From assembly GCF_001194135.2 (NCBI RefSeq), contig NC_068999.1:38158182-38222181 (forward strand): a stretch of 64,000 nucleotides of DNA, given 5' to 3'. Under the pieces are notes generated by a model. It had not been told where the DNA came from. It did not search any database and was given only the letters and a program-made list of their open reading frames with translations. This stretch comes from Octopus bimaculoides. Lineage: Eukaryota. Both the position numbers and the translations under genes were made by a program. Of this stretch, positions 1-12,610 are shown one piece after another. The first letter of the stretch is position 1. Every line of letters starts with the position of its first letter.

Positions 1-85
1 TCTGTCTCCTCTCTCCTCTCCCCTCTCTCTCCTCTCCCCTCTCTCTCCTCTCCCCTCTCCCTCCTCTCCCCTCTTTCTCTCTCTC
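1..85. repeat. CT-rich low-complexity tract
   Basis: Imperfect (CTCTC/CCTCT)n directly visible. Confidence 0.9.
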
Positions 86-654
86 TTACCTTATAAAGTT
101 ACAGTAACTCTTGTATATTAGAAATTTCTCAAACACTTTAGCTTATTGTATGTTTTGCTAGACAATTGCCATTAGCACTGGCAAAAGTGAGTTATATAGT
201 CTCGTAAAGAAACAATGCTATTCTACAGTAATTGACAGCTAATTAATGCAATATTCCCCTGAATTAAATATTTCACCAGCAATGTTGTGGACAGTGAAGA
301 TCAAACTGCAAAATTTCATCCAGTAAGAGAAGGAACGGAATGGTTTCGTTTCCCGAGGAAATATTTTCTCCTCCTTTATTTAAATATAGGTGTATATATA
401 TTTAAAAAGTGAAGTAGAAAAACGAGTAGATAGAGAGAGGGGGAGAGAGAGAAAGAGAGAGATAAATATGCATCTATGCATGAACATGTGTATATGTATA
501 TATGTAAACATATACGAATATATGCATATATAAATATACATACATGTATATACATATATACATACACACACACATTTATATACATATATATATAAGAAAT
601 TAAATATATATTACAACTCCCCACGTGAAGATAATCGAAATTCCTCCCTTTCTG

Positions 655-694
<40 letters not shown>

Positions 695-951
695 TATGTA
701 TATGTGAATGTGTGTGTGCGTAAGTGTGTGTTTGAGTCATTATAAATCTCCATTTAAAACGAAATTCTACTAAAACTCTTCTCCTTCATATCAATTATAT
801 AACTCTACGCTCATCTTCAAATAATTTGAATGTGCCTAAACTGTTACAGCATGGAACCTCCATTGAATACCACCGAGTTCGGCATTTAAAATGTTCTAAC
901 AAACTGCTTACTAATGGGTTCAATCAGTTTGCTCTGTCTTGGATCACATAC

Positions 952-1078
952 TTTAAGAACTGCAAAGACTTCGTTCTCAGCGGTGCGGTGTCTGGGTGGG
1001 CTGGGACTGTTCAGGTTACAGAAATGACGCACAACCATTCCCTTGGTTATATTGTTAAAAAAATAGCAGCCATATTGC
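952..1078 (-). CDS. Candidate internal exon, product unknown
   Basis: Minus strand tttgcag|G CAA TAT...CTT AAA|gtatgt; 127 nt, open as QYGCYFFNNITKGMVVRHFCNLNSPSPPRHRTAENEVFAVLK. No homology recognised. Confidence 0.2.
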
Positions 1079-1264
1079 CTGCAAATTACAGGATTGGGTC
1101 TTAATATAATAAAAAAAGGATAGATATAATAATGTCCCGTTAGATGTATTATGTCTGAAAGACATTCATATAGAAATGGCTGGCTGGCTGGTTTGGGATC
1201 ACCTAAGACTATAGATCCACTTAATGATGGCTGATGTTACTACGGCAGCAATAACAACAGCAGC

Positions 1265-1390
1265 AGGAAGAAGAAGAAGAAGAAGAAGAAGAAGAAGAAG
1301 AAGAAGAAGAAGAAGAAGAAGAAGAAGAAGAAGAAGAAGAAGAANNNNNNNNNNGGAGGAGGAAGAGGAGGAGGAGGAGGAGGAGGAGGA
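1265..1390. repeat. (GAA)n/(GGA)n microsatellite spanning a 10-N gap
   Basis: Directly visible. Confidence 0.95.
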
Positions 1391-2588
1391 CTGCAGCAGC
1401 AGGACCAACAGCACTGACAAAAATGTCGACTGGTTAGTAGGAGTAAATAAACAAACACCAATTCAGTGGAAGTAAAGTCTTTATGTAAGCAGTGGACGGC
1501 GAATAAACGATGATGGTGTTTTGTTCTTCCCCGCAAAACAAACATTTCTTACTCATCTAATTAAGTTAAGAAGAGCAGATAAATAATACCAATAAAACAA
1601 AACATGCGCAATGTTTGTTAATTCGATAAAAAAATAACAAAGAAAAAAAGAAAAAACAAAGATAAGATGGAAAAATTATTTGATGTGAAAAGATTAAAAG
1701 AAATGCATTGCTTCTCCTGTTAAATCTAACAAAAGGAATTGAACAGAGAAACATTAAGTTTATTCCTACTTTATAGTCTTCAATATCAATTGACATTAAT
1801 TTCCATTCGAGATTTTGTGATAGAAATAAATTAAACTAGATTTCGTGAACGCCGTTTCCAACCTTTTAGTTATATTCGTTTGCTTGACAGGCGATACATC
1901 GCGAGAGATATTTCACTGCAATTAAATATATTTATCAATTTTATCGGCAAAATTTCCGGCTTATTCTCGCAGGCCATCCTGGAAAGGATATCGGTTTTAA
2001 AACTTGCTCACACACACACACAAATACGCACGCATGTGTGTGTTTGTATGTATATATATGTATATAAAATATATCCATATACATACATAGATACACAGAC
2101 ACACACTAATAAGAAAATCCAGACTGACTCGAACATGATCAACATGTCTATAGACGCAGAAGCTGATCAACCGAATATACACATCGTCAGTGTCCGATTC
2201 TAACAATGTCCGAACTGACAGAAGAGGGCTGCATCAGATATCCTACTCTATTCCAGATTAAAACCGAATAGGCGGCAGTTCATTGGCATTTCAGAGACTG
2301 ATAATCTCTATATGTGAAGCATTGGATGGCCTTGAAGCCATAGCCCGTGGGATTCAGTACATGGCCTGTCCATGTCCATTGTAAACAAATCCGCACCATT
2401 CCTATGTCTTCCTGCCGATATTTCTTTTGATGGGAAGAAATAGAAATTATCAGCCATAAGAACCGCTGATGTTATATGTGTGTTTGTGTACGTACATACA
2501 TATATACGTAATACGTACACACACAGAGACACACACAGAGACACACACACATTTATATTAGACAAAAAGAGATAACAAAGCCAAAGCT

Positions 2589-2690
2589 GTGATAGATATA
2601 TAATACGTATATATACATATAAGTGATAGATATATAATACGTATATATACATATAAGTGATAGATATATAATACGTATATATACATATAA
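2589..2690. repeat. 34-bp tandem repeat x3
   Basis: gtgatagatatataatacgtatatatacatataa at 2589, 2623 and 2657. Confidence 0.9.
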
Positions 2691-3080
2691 GTGTCTATGT
2701 GTGTATGTAATATATATGTGTGTATGCATGTATATACACATATACACACACACATATGTAAAATATGCACATATATATGCGATTATGTATGTTTGTACAT
2801 ACTACATTACACACACACACACACTCAAACACGCTCACTTGTGTCAGTAATTAAGCATTCTACTACATCAGCAAAGCGTGATTTAAATATGTATACGATT
2901 AATTGTTCTTATAGAGGATTAATGAATGATGTATTCTTATATTATGTATTCTAATAGAGGATTAACGAAATTAATTTCCCCTACGAGCAATTAATTCGCT
3001 CTGTGATGGATTGCGTAATCATTGTGACGAAGTAATTGCCGACTCCACATTAATGGACGACAAATGTTTGATATTTATAG

Positions 3081-3143
3081 GTTGACTCAGATAGAAGAAC
3101 TAATTAGACCAACATGTGACAGAGACAACATTGAAGCTCAGAA
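3081..3143 (+). CDS. Candidate 63-nt internal exon, product unknown
   Basis: tttgatatttatag|G TTG ACT...CAG AA|gtaata; only one frame open (LTQIEELIRPTCDRDNIEAQ), phase 2-2. Confidence 0.3.
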
Positions 3144-3399
3144 GTAATAAAGTTGAAATAGAAATACTATCAAGCAAATACTGGGCTGGCAGAATCATTA
3201 CAATGTCCAACAAAACTGTCTCGCCTTGCGCTAAATAATTATGACACTTTCCAGTCTGCTTTCAAACTCTGCCAAAGTTTAACTTAGCCTTTTAGTATTC
3301 AGAGGTTGATAAAATAAAATACCAGTGAAAAACTGACTATATTCCACACATTAAATATATGTAGTTGTGCCAGTGTTATAAATGAATACCACACAGTAG

Positions 3400-3535
3400 G
3401 CTAGATGTTACGGTGATGGGATTCAGGTTATGAGGTCGTTGCTTCGATTCATGAACAGGGTGGTAAGTTGTATCCTCCAGCAATACATTTAATTTTATGT
3501 TGCTTCAATCCACTCAGCTGAGAAGGTTACCAGCC
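3400..3535 (+). mobile_element. Degenerate tRNA-derived SINE head with CORE-like region
   Basis: A/B-box-like head (gcttcgattc) followed by gttgtatcctccagcaatacattt...gttgcttcaatccactcagctg, resembling recalled mollusc CORE-SINEs. Confidence 0.5.
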
Positions 3536-3689
3536 CCAACCAAAGGTTGAGGAAATGAAGCCGATTGGCGTCCTGTCAATGGAAGGAGTCGCCAAGAGAT
3601 TTTTCTTTTTAAACTTTAAGTATTGAAGCAATTCGCAAAATGATATACATTTCAAGGACACCCAGAGAATGTTTAGTTGAGGAAACCTC

Positions 3690-4125
3690 ACCATGTGTTT
3701 TGGTGTTAAAAAACGCATGGCTTCTCCGAACCAATGTGTTCTATCTGGTGGGTGGCTCTCTTGAACAGCTGCAATGTGACACCTGGAAAAAATTGAACAG
3801 TGTGAAAATTCCATGTGGAGGCCAGTCTTGACAGAAATATTCAGATGAAGTGGTTCATGAAATGCGTAGAGTGTACGCGATATGAGTGATAAAAGCTGGT
3901 GTAGAGATGAGGGAATATGAAGCCATTGACGCTGTGAAAACAAAAGAAGAAAGCCAAGACTGAGAGTGATTTGAGAGAAGGTTGGAAATTGAGAGCAGTT
4001 TCATGGATTTTGAGTCTTTTATGAAATGGAAGTAATGCACAACGTTGATGTGGGCCTTACAAAGCATTCGAATGTTTGTATGAAAGGAATTCATCTATAA
4101 GATTAAATCATTGAAGCACATTGCG
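3690..4125 (-). mobile_element. Highly decayed CR1/L2-clade LINE ORF2 3' end
   Basis: Minus-strand frames give RLASTWNFHTVQFFPGVTLQLFKRAT, matching the CR1-type C-terminal RxxxLWNxLPxxxFPxxxxLQxFKR motif; many stops and frameshifts. Confidence 0.5.
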
Positions 4126-4379
4126 TAAGTCAATAAAACACTCCATGGCTTCGAATGACATCTATGACGCGTTTATGGGACAGGTGTAGTATCTTACGTG
4201 TCTAATATCATTGGTCCGTTTGTTGCAAATCTTGGAACTGTCAATGTCAATGCCTGTTCGTGTATTTGCTGACCGTTATTACGTAAAATCCAGTAGTATT
4301 TTACTCACAAGGTATTAGAATCATATATATATATATATATATATATACCATTCTGCCTAAATGATGGATCTACAAATGC

Positions 4380-4602
4380 AATATCCCTGCATATCTTACA
4401 TCTACTTTCATTCCTCCACTTCACTCTCTATTTCGTATCTTATATGAATTAACTATTGCTTAACCATTTTCTCACACCGTCTCCGATGAAGGGATATAAT
4501 AAATATCCTGGAAACAGCTGTAAGACCTATTTATAAATGTTCTAAAATATACACAGCTTTGTTTTTTTTATCTCATTACGAAAATTAAATTCTCATATAT
4601 AT
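4380..4602 (+). mobile_element. Penelope-like terminal-repeat remnant carrying a hammerhead motif
   Basis: Pyrimidine-rich leader followed by a hammerhead motif (4479-4526), the usual layout of Penelope pseudo-LTR remnants. Confidence 0.55.
4479..4526 (+). ncRNA. Minimal type I hammerhead ribozyme-like motif (CCGAUGA core variant)
   Basis: GTCT-CCGATGA-AGGGATAT-AATAA-ATATCCTG-GAA-ACAGCTGT-A-AGAC: stem I GTCT/AGAC, 7-bp stem II, palindromic stem III, GUA cleavage triplet. Confidence 0.7.
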
Positions 4603-5055
4603 NNNNNNNNNNNNNNNNNNNNNNNNNNNNNNNNNNNNNNNNNNNNNNNNNNNNNNNNNNNNNNNNNNNNNNNNNNNNNNNNNNNNNNNNNNNNNNNNNN
4701 NNNNNNNNNNNNNNNNNNNNNNNNNNNNNNNNNNNNNNNNNNNNNNNNNNNNNNNNNNNNNNNNNNNNNNNNNNNNNNNNNNNNNNNNNNNNNNNNNNNN
4801 NNNNNNNNNNNNNNNNNNNNNNNNNNNNNNNNNNNNNNNNNNNNNNNNNNNNNNNNNNNNNNNNNNNNNNNNNNNNNNNNNNNNNNNNNNNNNNNNNNNN
4901 NNNNNNNNNNNNNNNNNNNNNNNNNNNNNNNNNNNNNNNNNNNNNNNNNNNNNNNNNNNNNNNNNNNNNNNNNNNNNNNNNNNNNNNNNNNNNNNNNNNN
5001 NNNNNNNNNNNNNNNNNNNNNNNNNNNNNNNNNNNNNNNNNNNNNNNNNNNNNNN
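4603..5055. other. Assembly gap (other large gaps: 6836-6985, 20869-21293, 22211-22771, 27471-27946, 42416-42954, 44349-44640)
   Basis: N runs; most are flanked by (TA)n or minisatellite. Confidence 0.98.
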
Positions 5056-5162
5056 GTAGCTCGAAACGTTAAAGACTTTCTGTATTCCCGAGCGTCAAAC
5101 TAATACATCCTTTTGTTGTTTACACCACCTGTCCTCGTCTGTTGTCTTTTTTCGTACATTCT
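5056..5162 (+). mobile_element. Penelope-like terminal remnant with 3' half of a hammerhead
   Basis: Begins at the gap edge with gtagct-C-GAAACGTT-AAAGAC; the 5' core would lie in the gap. Confidence 0.45.
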
Positions 5163-5165
5163 CCC

Positions 5166-5241
<76 letters not shown>

Positions 5242-6582
5242 ATACATTTATGTATGTATGTATATATGTATATTTGTATGTGTGCGTGTCGATGTAAGGG
5301 TGTGTGAGTGCGTGTTGATCCAGAGGAATGTGTACTAGGTTAAGTGTCGGCATTAAAGCATTCCTATCTCCGCGCTAACATTCCTCCTCTCACACAATGC
5401 TACTGTCTCACACACTACCATTCTTTATTCTGATTTATCAAGTAAATGGGGCAAAATTTGCGTACTGCGAGATATTAAGGTATTCACATATTTTCAGATT
5501 GTAATTTTCGCTGATAATACAGAGAAAGTCATTCGATTGTATAACGTAAGAGAGCCAAAAGCCTTATGTGATAACGGTAAATAACTTAATAAACAATAGG
5601 AAATAACGATATCGTCCTATGTGTTTATTATTACTACAATGTGGCTCAGGTTTCGCATATTAGCATATTTGGAGACAGTTATAGTCAGAGCTTATCACGT
5701 AGTGGCGAGAACTATCTATGGAGCCCAAAACTTTTAGTAACGTATCCGACATTTCAGCGCATTGTGCAATGAACATGTAAGCACACACGCACGCACAAAC
5801 ACACACACACACACATACATATACATGCATATATTTGTGTGTGCATGTGTTTTTAGGAACAGTGGATCTTGAAGCAAATAATGCCGTCAGTAATAGTGTA
5901 TAAATATTGGGTTAAACATCCTTTGGATAGAAGAAAACGATGGCTGCTCGTGGGATGCGAACCTATGTCATTTTTAAATATCACATCGCAATAAACACAC
6001 ACACACACACACGTACACACATACGCTCGCACACACATACACACACACGCCCATACAAAAACAGATACGTGCACACACCACGTGAAAAAGCACACATCAC
6101 CTGCTACACAACACACACACACACACACACACAACGTATAAATGCGTAATCGTTTGGTTCTATGCATGTGAAATTTATTCATTCGGATATGGAAAATTTA
6201 TAAATGAAGCCGCATAGAGTTCGTGGGCGAAACACAATTCTGAATTTGTCTCAGGCGACTCTTGATAATAATATGTCCGTAGGTGAATGTGTACGTGTAG
6301 ATATATTTAGAAACAATGTTACATCATATGCGCGTGTATACTATGCATATCATTCATAAGTATATATCAATATGTGCGTGTATGCACACACTCACACACA
6401 CACACACACACAAATATATACATATATATATAAAGAGAAATACAGAGAGAGATAGATGTATGTATATACACGCACACATATACACACCTGTACATATACA
6501 TATACGTATATACACGTGTACATATAGTTACATATATTTTGTTTTCGCCTATATAGATATTGATATATATATATATATATGG

Positions 6583-6620
<38 letters not shown>

Positions 6621-6622
<2 letters not shown>

Positions 6623-6770
6623 GGTGCTGCCGTGGCTGCGTGTTCAGAAGCTTGCTTTCTAACCACATGGTTTCAGGTTCAGTCCCACTGCCTGGCACTT
6701 TAGTCGTATCTTCTTCTACAGCCTTGGTCCGACCAAAACTTTGTAAGTGGATTTCTTAGATGGAAACTAA
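6621..6770 (+). mobile_element. tRNA-derived CORE-type SINE (family A) head
   Basis: B-box-like ggttcagtccc; clear homology to the copies at 62315-62452 and 63514-63636 (aaccacatg, agtcccactg, ccgaccaaa, ggaaact). Confidence 0.8.
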
Positions 6771-6985
6771 ACTATACTATATACATACATATATATATAC
6801 TATATATATACATAATACATACATATATATATATANNNNNNNNNNNNNNNNNNNNNNNNNNNNNNNNNNNNNNNNNNNNNNNNNNNNNNNNNNNNNNNNN
6901 NNNNNNNNNNNNNNNNNNNNNNNNNNNNNNNNNNNNNNNNNNNNNNNNNNNNNNNNNNNNNNNNNNNNNNNNNNNNNNNNNNNNN

Positions 6986-7385
6986 ATATTGGTACTGGCA
7001 GAGGTAAAAGAAACTGACGCTCTACTCTGTAGAGAGAAGACGTGAAAATATACAATGATGTGCATATGGAATATTCTGGATGGTCTAGATCCCAACTTTG
7101 GAACTGAAAGAAATACCAACCACTGAAGTAGACCGCACTGCACAATACTAAAGATCCCGTCTTCTCCTTGTTGGATTAGAACTTAGCATTGTAAAATTTT
7201 GGCTTTCAAAGGTTCACAAGTATTCAAGAGTCTATCAAACATCCTCAGAGACTTGCGAGGTGCAGACGTGTGGGTCACGGAAGGGCGTCTGGACAAATTT
7301 CTCTCTCATATACAAGATGAACAAACCACGTGACACGGAGGTTCAACGTAAGGTGGCTCCGTCTAGCTCGTTGCTCCATCAATAA
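6986..7385 (+). mobile_element. CR1/L2-clade LINE ORF2 3' end (pseudogenised)
   Basis: YWQR*KKLTLYSVERRRE / YTMMCIWNILDGLDPNF ... GRLDKFLSHIQDEQ ... APSSSLLHQ*; matches the LYSLERRRERY...LDKFL...PDEP C-terminal pattern. Confidence 0.8.
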
Positions 7386-8035
7386 AACATTACGGAAAGG
7401 AATCTCAAATACATTGAGAGACGGTGCTGCAGCATGGCCTTAGCCTTTGGCTGAAACCAGTGAAAGAAAAGCAGAATGCAAAAACATACATACATACATG
7501 AATGCAAGCATACATGCATACATGCATACGTATGTACGTACATAGATACATACATACAGTCATACATACGTTCATACATACATGCATGGTGCATGCGTAC
7601 ATGCATACATACATACGCCCGTACATAAGTACATACATACATTCATACATACATACATACATATATACATATATGCATAAATACATATATACATAAATAC
7701 AGACATACATGCATACCACAAACGTTTAGGCCACTCAATCGAATTGCGATTACCACTTTAAAAGGAACCACATTATTAAACTATTAGGTTAAAGCATCTG
7801 ACATTCGGAGACTAAATCATAGTTTATCTTTCTGAATGAATATCAACATGAAACACATCAAATACTGAAAAACGATCATTAATAATCAATTTAAGAGGTG
7901 AAATTATGGCACGCTATTAATTTATCGAAAACAAAAACTCCAAACAAACCGGTTTCAAGTCAACGTAAATGGTCTGATTATAATAGCTTTCCTTTTGATC
8001 TACAGGCTGCTTTTTAAATTTCTTGCGTTTATTGC

Positions 8036-8077
<42 letters not shown>

Positions 8078-9874
8078 GTTTTCCTTTTTTTATGTTTTTT
8101 TGCTTCTTTTCAGAGAGTATTTTCTCATGCAAAGAATGGACAAAACAGATCGCTAGTCATATCTCTTAGGACGTTGAATTATGATTTACAAACACTACAA
8201 ACTATAAATTAATCAAACAAACATGCACGCTGTTCATTTCGTATTCGTATTTATCGTATTTTATTTTTATAATTTTATTTCGTCGCTTTTTTTTTATCCT
8301 TCTATAATTTGTGTTTATTATAATTTCCGCTCACGTAACGTATGACATCGTTTATAAGAACACCGAGTACAGTAACCGAGATATTTCTTTGTGTGCATTG
8401 CATTAGTGGGGGTTGATATTGTGTCGAAGTCAGCTCCCAGTCTATTTCCGTCTGCACCGAGCAAGGATTTGGCAAAATACGTCGTCACTCAATGGAGAAG
8501 GTGTTATTCAAAAATTTCATTTTTCCGGGTTGCTAATATTCTGGCTCTGATGATCTGCTGCCTACGATTTAATCATAACTACTACGACTACTGATGATGA
8601 TGATGATGATGATGAGGAGGAGGAGGAGGAGGAGGAGGAGGAGGAGGAGGGGGATGTCTACTACAACGGCGTTGACGAAAACAACGCTCATGATGATTCA
8701 GGCAGTTTTGAAAAGGAGGGGTCAGGCTGTATCATCGATCGCAGTACATTGCTGTGAAAAAAGGCATATGAACCAAGAGCGAGTATTTCGAAAAGTTCAC
8801 TTTCAAAACCTCCATCGAATGAATATTCGATGAGGTTAGTTCTAGTTGTGTCCCAGCTAACAGAGAAAGCATTTCCAAATGCCCTGTGATTGGAAGAGGC
8901 AACACCAGGACAAACTCGCTACCCCCTTCTCTCTATATATATATTTATATACACACATGAGTGTGTGTGTGTATGCACGTAGACATGTATCATCCTCGAA
9001 GACAGGATTATCTGCCTTTCATGGGTAACTGCTTCTAGTTTCAATTATTTCCGGTCAAAATGTGTACAATCAGCCTAAAATGAATAAAAGCAGATGGCCT
9101 GAATCAGCTTAAATTTAAGGCCGCTTCCGTAACGATCACCGTTCATTAAATAAAGAAGTGGAAACCATACTGTAGGCAAGCATTTCCAAGCTGTACACAC
9201 CTCACGCATAGAGAAATATTATGAGGTTTACATTCCGAAATAGTGGAGATGAAGCTGCTGCTAATGTTTCCGATTTTAGGTAAGAACGGTCTTCTTGTAC
9301 CCGTTGCACAAACTGGTGTTGCTCTAAGTGAACTACAGCAAGGACGGTGCAGGAAGATTAGTGATTGTCTATGCCATATTTCACCAGGAATCGAGAAGCT
9401 CTCTTTGGAATGTTTCAACTTTTAGCGCTAGTCGGAGACTTGAAAGACATTTTTGACGCACGTTACCACTGCTCGACACCAGTTGAGCGGAATGTGTAAA
9501 AGACACGCAAAATTGCTGAGAATTTTCCAACTGTTTGAAATGTTCAGATCTGTTTCCCTCATCCTCACCCATTTTGCATAGGGTACTTGTTAGATCAGCG
9601 TATAGAATAATGAAGAGTGCCGACACATTTCACTATTCGAATATCACTTTTGAAACATTTGTGAAATGATTGTTTGGTATAACGAGAAGCAATAGACAGG
9701 TCTCCGGTTACTGGAAGCTGAATGCGTCATTCAAGTGAGTTGTATATAATGCAGAGAGATCTTTGTGTTTTTATAGCATAAAAGTGTGTTGAAACGTATA
9801 CTAAATTCTACAACATTTCTTTCTCTCACTGATACACATACATACACACTCACACTTACAAATATATATATACA

Positions 9875-9931
<57 letters not shown>

Positions 9932-10049
9932 TTCGCTATATCTATATAATACTTATATGCATGTGTGTTCACGCAAGCATATATATATGCATGCATATGT
10001 ATAAAGGTATAGATATGTAAACATGTATATATATATTCATAAGCTCGAT

Positions 10050-10061
10050 GCTGAGCCATAC

Positions 10062-10122
<61 letters not shown>

Positions 10123-10239
10123 TGTAGTAGTAGTAAATATAGTAATATGTTTTCATATGTGTACATATATATACATACATATATATTCCAATGCGTATAT
10201 AGTTGTGTTTCACTATGTGCGTGCGTGTATCCGTGCGTG

Positions 10240-10320
<81 letters not shown>
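10050..10320. repeat. (TAG)n, (TG)n and (GA)n microsatellite cluster
   Basis: Directly visible. Confidence 0.9.
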
Positions 10321-10799
10321 TATTCCATAATTCCTTTATTATATAAATGATATTTTTTTATCCTTTTGTTATAATTACAATATTGTGAATGAAATTTCGT
10401 TTCAAAAGATTGACACAATTGACTAACAAAACACTAAAAACCTACTTTCATTTCCGATCTGGTATTATTATACAGCACATACAAATGAATGTTTGAAAAT
10501 TCTTCCGAGATATCTGCGACAATAATCATGAAGGAAATAAGAAAAGAAACAAAGAAAGATAGAAAGGAAGAAAAAAGAGAATGAAAAGAAAAAAATAGAA
10601 TAGAATAAAGAAATATATATATCGTCAGATTTCTATTATAATTCTCACAAAACATAAAAGACAAATTCAATGATATTTCATTGCCGTTTGAAATGCAATC
10701 TTGAAAACATGGTTAATAATTCTGGTGAGCAGTTACATCGCTGCTAAATAATTGTTCAGTTTGTGGCAACGTTTAAAATGTTATTCAATACCTGCTTAC

Positions 10800-10839
10800 T
10801 GTCTCTCTTTCTTTCTGTCATTCTCTTTCTGTCTGTCTA

Positions 10840-10920
<81 letters not shown>

Positions 10921-10939
10921 GTCTGTCTGTCTGTCTGTC

Positions 10940-10972
<33 letters not shown>

Positions 10973-11005
10973 GTCTCTCTCTCTCTCTCTGTTCTTCTGT
11001 CTGTT
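10800..11005. repeat. (CT)n/(GTCT)n compound microsatellite
   Basis: Directly visible; a similar tract lies at 17750-17940. Confidence 0.9.
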
Positions 11006-11350
11006 GTTCACTATTTGCCTTTCATTGTACGTAATATAAATGCTTATAATTAATTATTGGCTAATTATATAATAATTTATTCGTATTTATTTTTACTTTT
11101 ATTTTCTCTTCATCTGTAAAATAGTTCGTATGTACCTATGTATGTATGTAGTTATGTGTGTGTGTGTCTGTGTGTGTATGTGTGTGTATGTGTGTGTGTG
11201 TGTGTGTGTGCGTGTGTGTGTGTGTGTGTGTGTACTGTAACCCATGTCTCTGTATGAGGAGCATGATTATTCGCATTTAATGCTTAGTGACTTTCGAACG
11301 AAAGACTTTTCAGTGACTTTTGTAATGTACAGATATGTACAAATACATAT

Positions 11351-11415
<65 letters not shown>

Positions 11416-11611
11416 CGCGCCCGCGCAAACCCATATACATACAGACACACACAAATATATAAGTATACGTAATATAAGCGCTCACACATATATCAATATA
11501 TAAATCTTAACATATACTCCCATAGTTTATTTTACAATTTGCGCATTAGATTTGAGTGTTGAATACTAGTATCATCGTCATCATAATGTTTATTAGGATT
11601 AATAGAAGAAA

Positions 11612-12610
11612 TCATTATTATTATTATTATTAATATTATTATTGTTGTTGTTATTATTATTATTATTATTGCTGTTGTTGTTGTTATTATTATTATTATT
11701 ATTATTGTTATTGTTGTTGTTGTTGTTGTTCTTGTTGCCTTTGCACAGCTTCTAACGCTGGAGATGTTCAACAATGTCAGCTGTTCACAACCAGTGAACT
11801 AAGGTAACACCTCTTATTTTTCGAGCACCTTCCGGAGTATTCGAGCGTTTCCAAGCAGTGCTGTTTTCTGCAAGTGCTCCACCCTTATTGCATCCCCTAT
11901 TTGTTCCACGTACTTTTCGAGATTTTTGCTCACTGTTCCCAGGGCTCCGACAATTATTGGTACTACTGCTACCTTTCTCATCGACCTGGGAAGTTACCTT
12001 AACGTGGGCAGTTAAGGGAAGTTAAGGGAAGACATTGGGAAGTTAGCTTTACTTCCCAAGCTAACCTGTCATATCTCTCGACTTTTCTTTCTTCCTTATC
12101 GCATACCTTGTTGTCAGCTGGGCATGCTATATCTATGATCCAGCATAGTTAGTTTTCTTTCTCAATTAGAACTATGTCCCGCTTCCAATTCTCAATCTCA
12201 TGGTCACACTGAATCATAAAATCCCATAGGATCTTTGCATTTCCATTTTCGACAATCCCTTCAGGTTTGTGGTCGTATTAATTGTTTTCCCTGTCAAGAC
12301 CATACTTATTGCAAAGTATCCAATGGACAAGCCTGGGTATATTGTCGTGGCGTCTCATATATTCCTTCTGGGCTAGTGGCGTACATTGGCTGGTAATATG
12401 TCATACGGTTTCACTGTTTTGCCCACAGATTCTGCACTTATCACTTTCTGCTATGTTGCCTATTTTGTATTTTGCTCTTGGGCAGTACAGATTAGAGCCT
12501 CCGTTTTCGGTTTTAAATCGCTTTTAGTCATCCATAGCCATCTTCTTTCTCTGTCTATCTTATCTTCAAGATCCCTATGAAACTGACCATGCATTCTTTT
12601 CTTTACCCAC
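11612..12610 (-). mobile_element. R4/Dong-like RLE non-LTR retrotransposon, 3' ~0.9 kb plus (CAA/TAA)n tail
   Basis: KRMHGQFHRDL...CRICGQNSETV*HITSQC (CCHC knuckle)...RRHDNI...KILWDFMIQCDHEI...DIACPAD...EERKVERYDRLAWE...VVPIIVGALG...LQKTALLGNARILRKVLEK*; tail at 11612-11735. Confidence 0.9.

Noticed and set aside
9146-9626. Overlapping ORFs on both strands plus a TTAG|gtaaga donor
   Set aside because: No recognisable protein motif; frames from the best upstream acceptor all contain stops.
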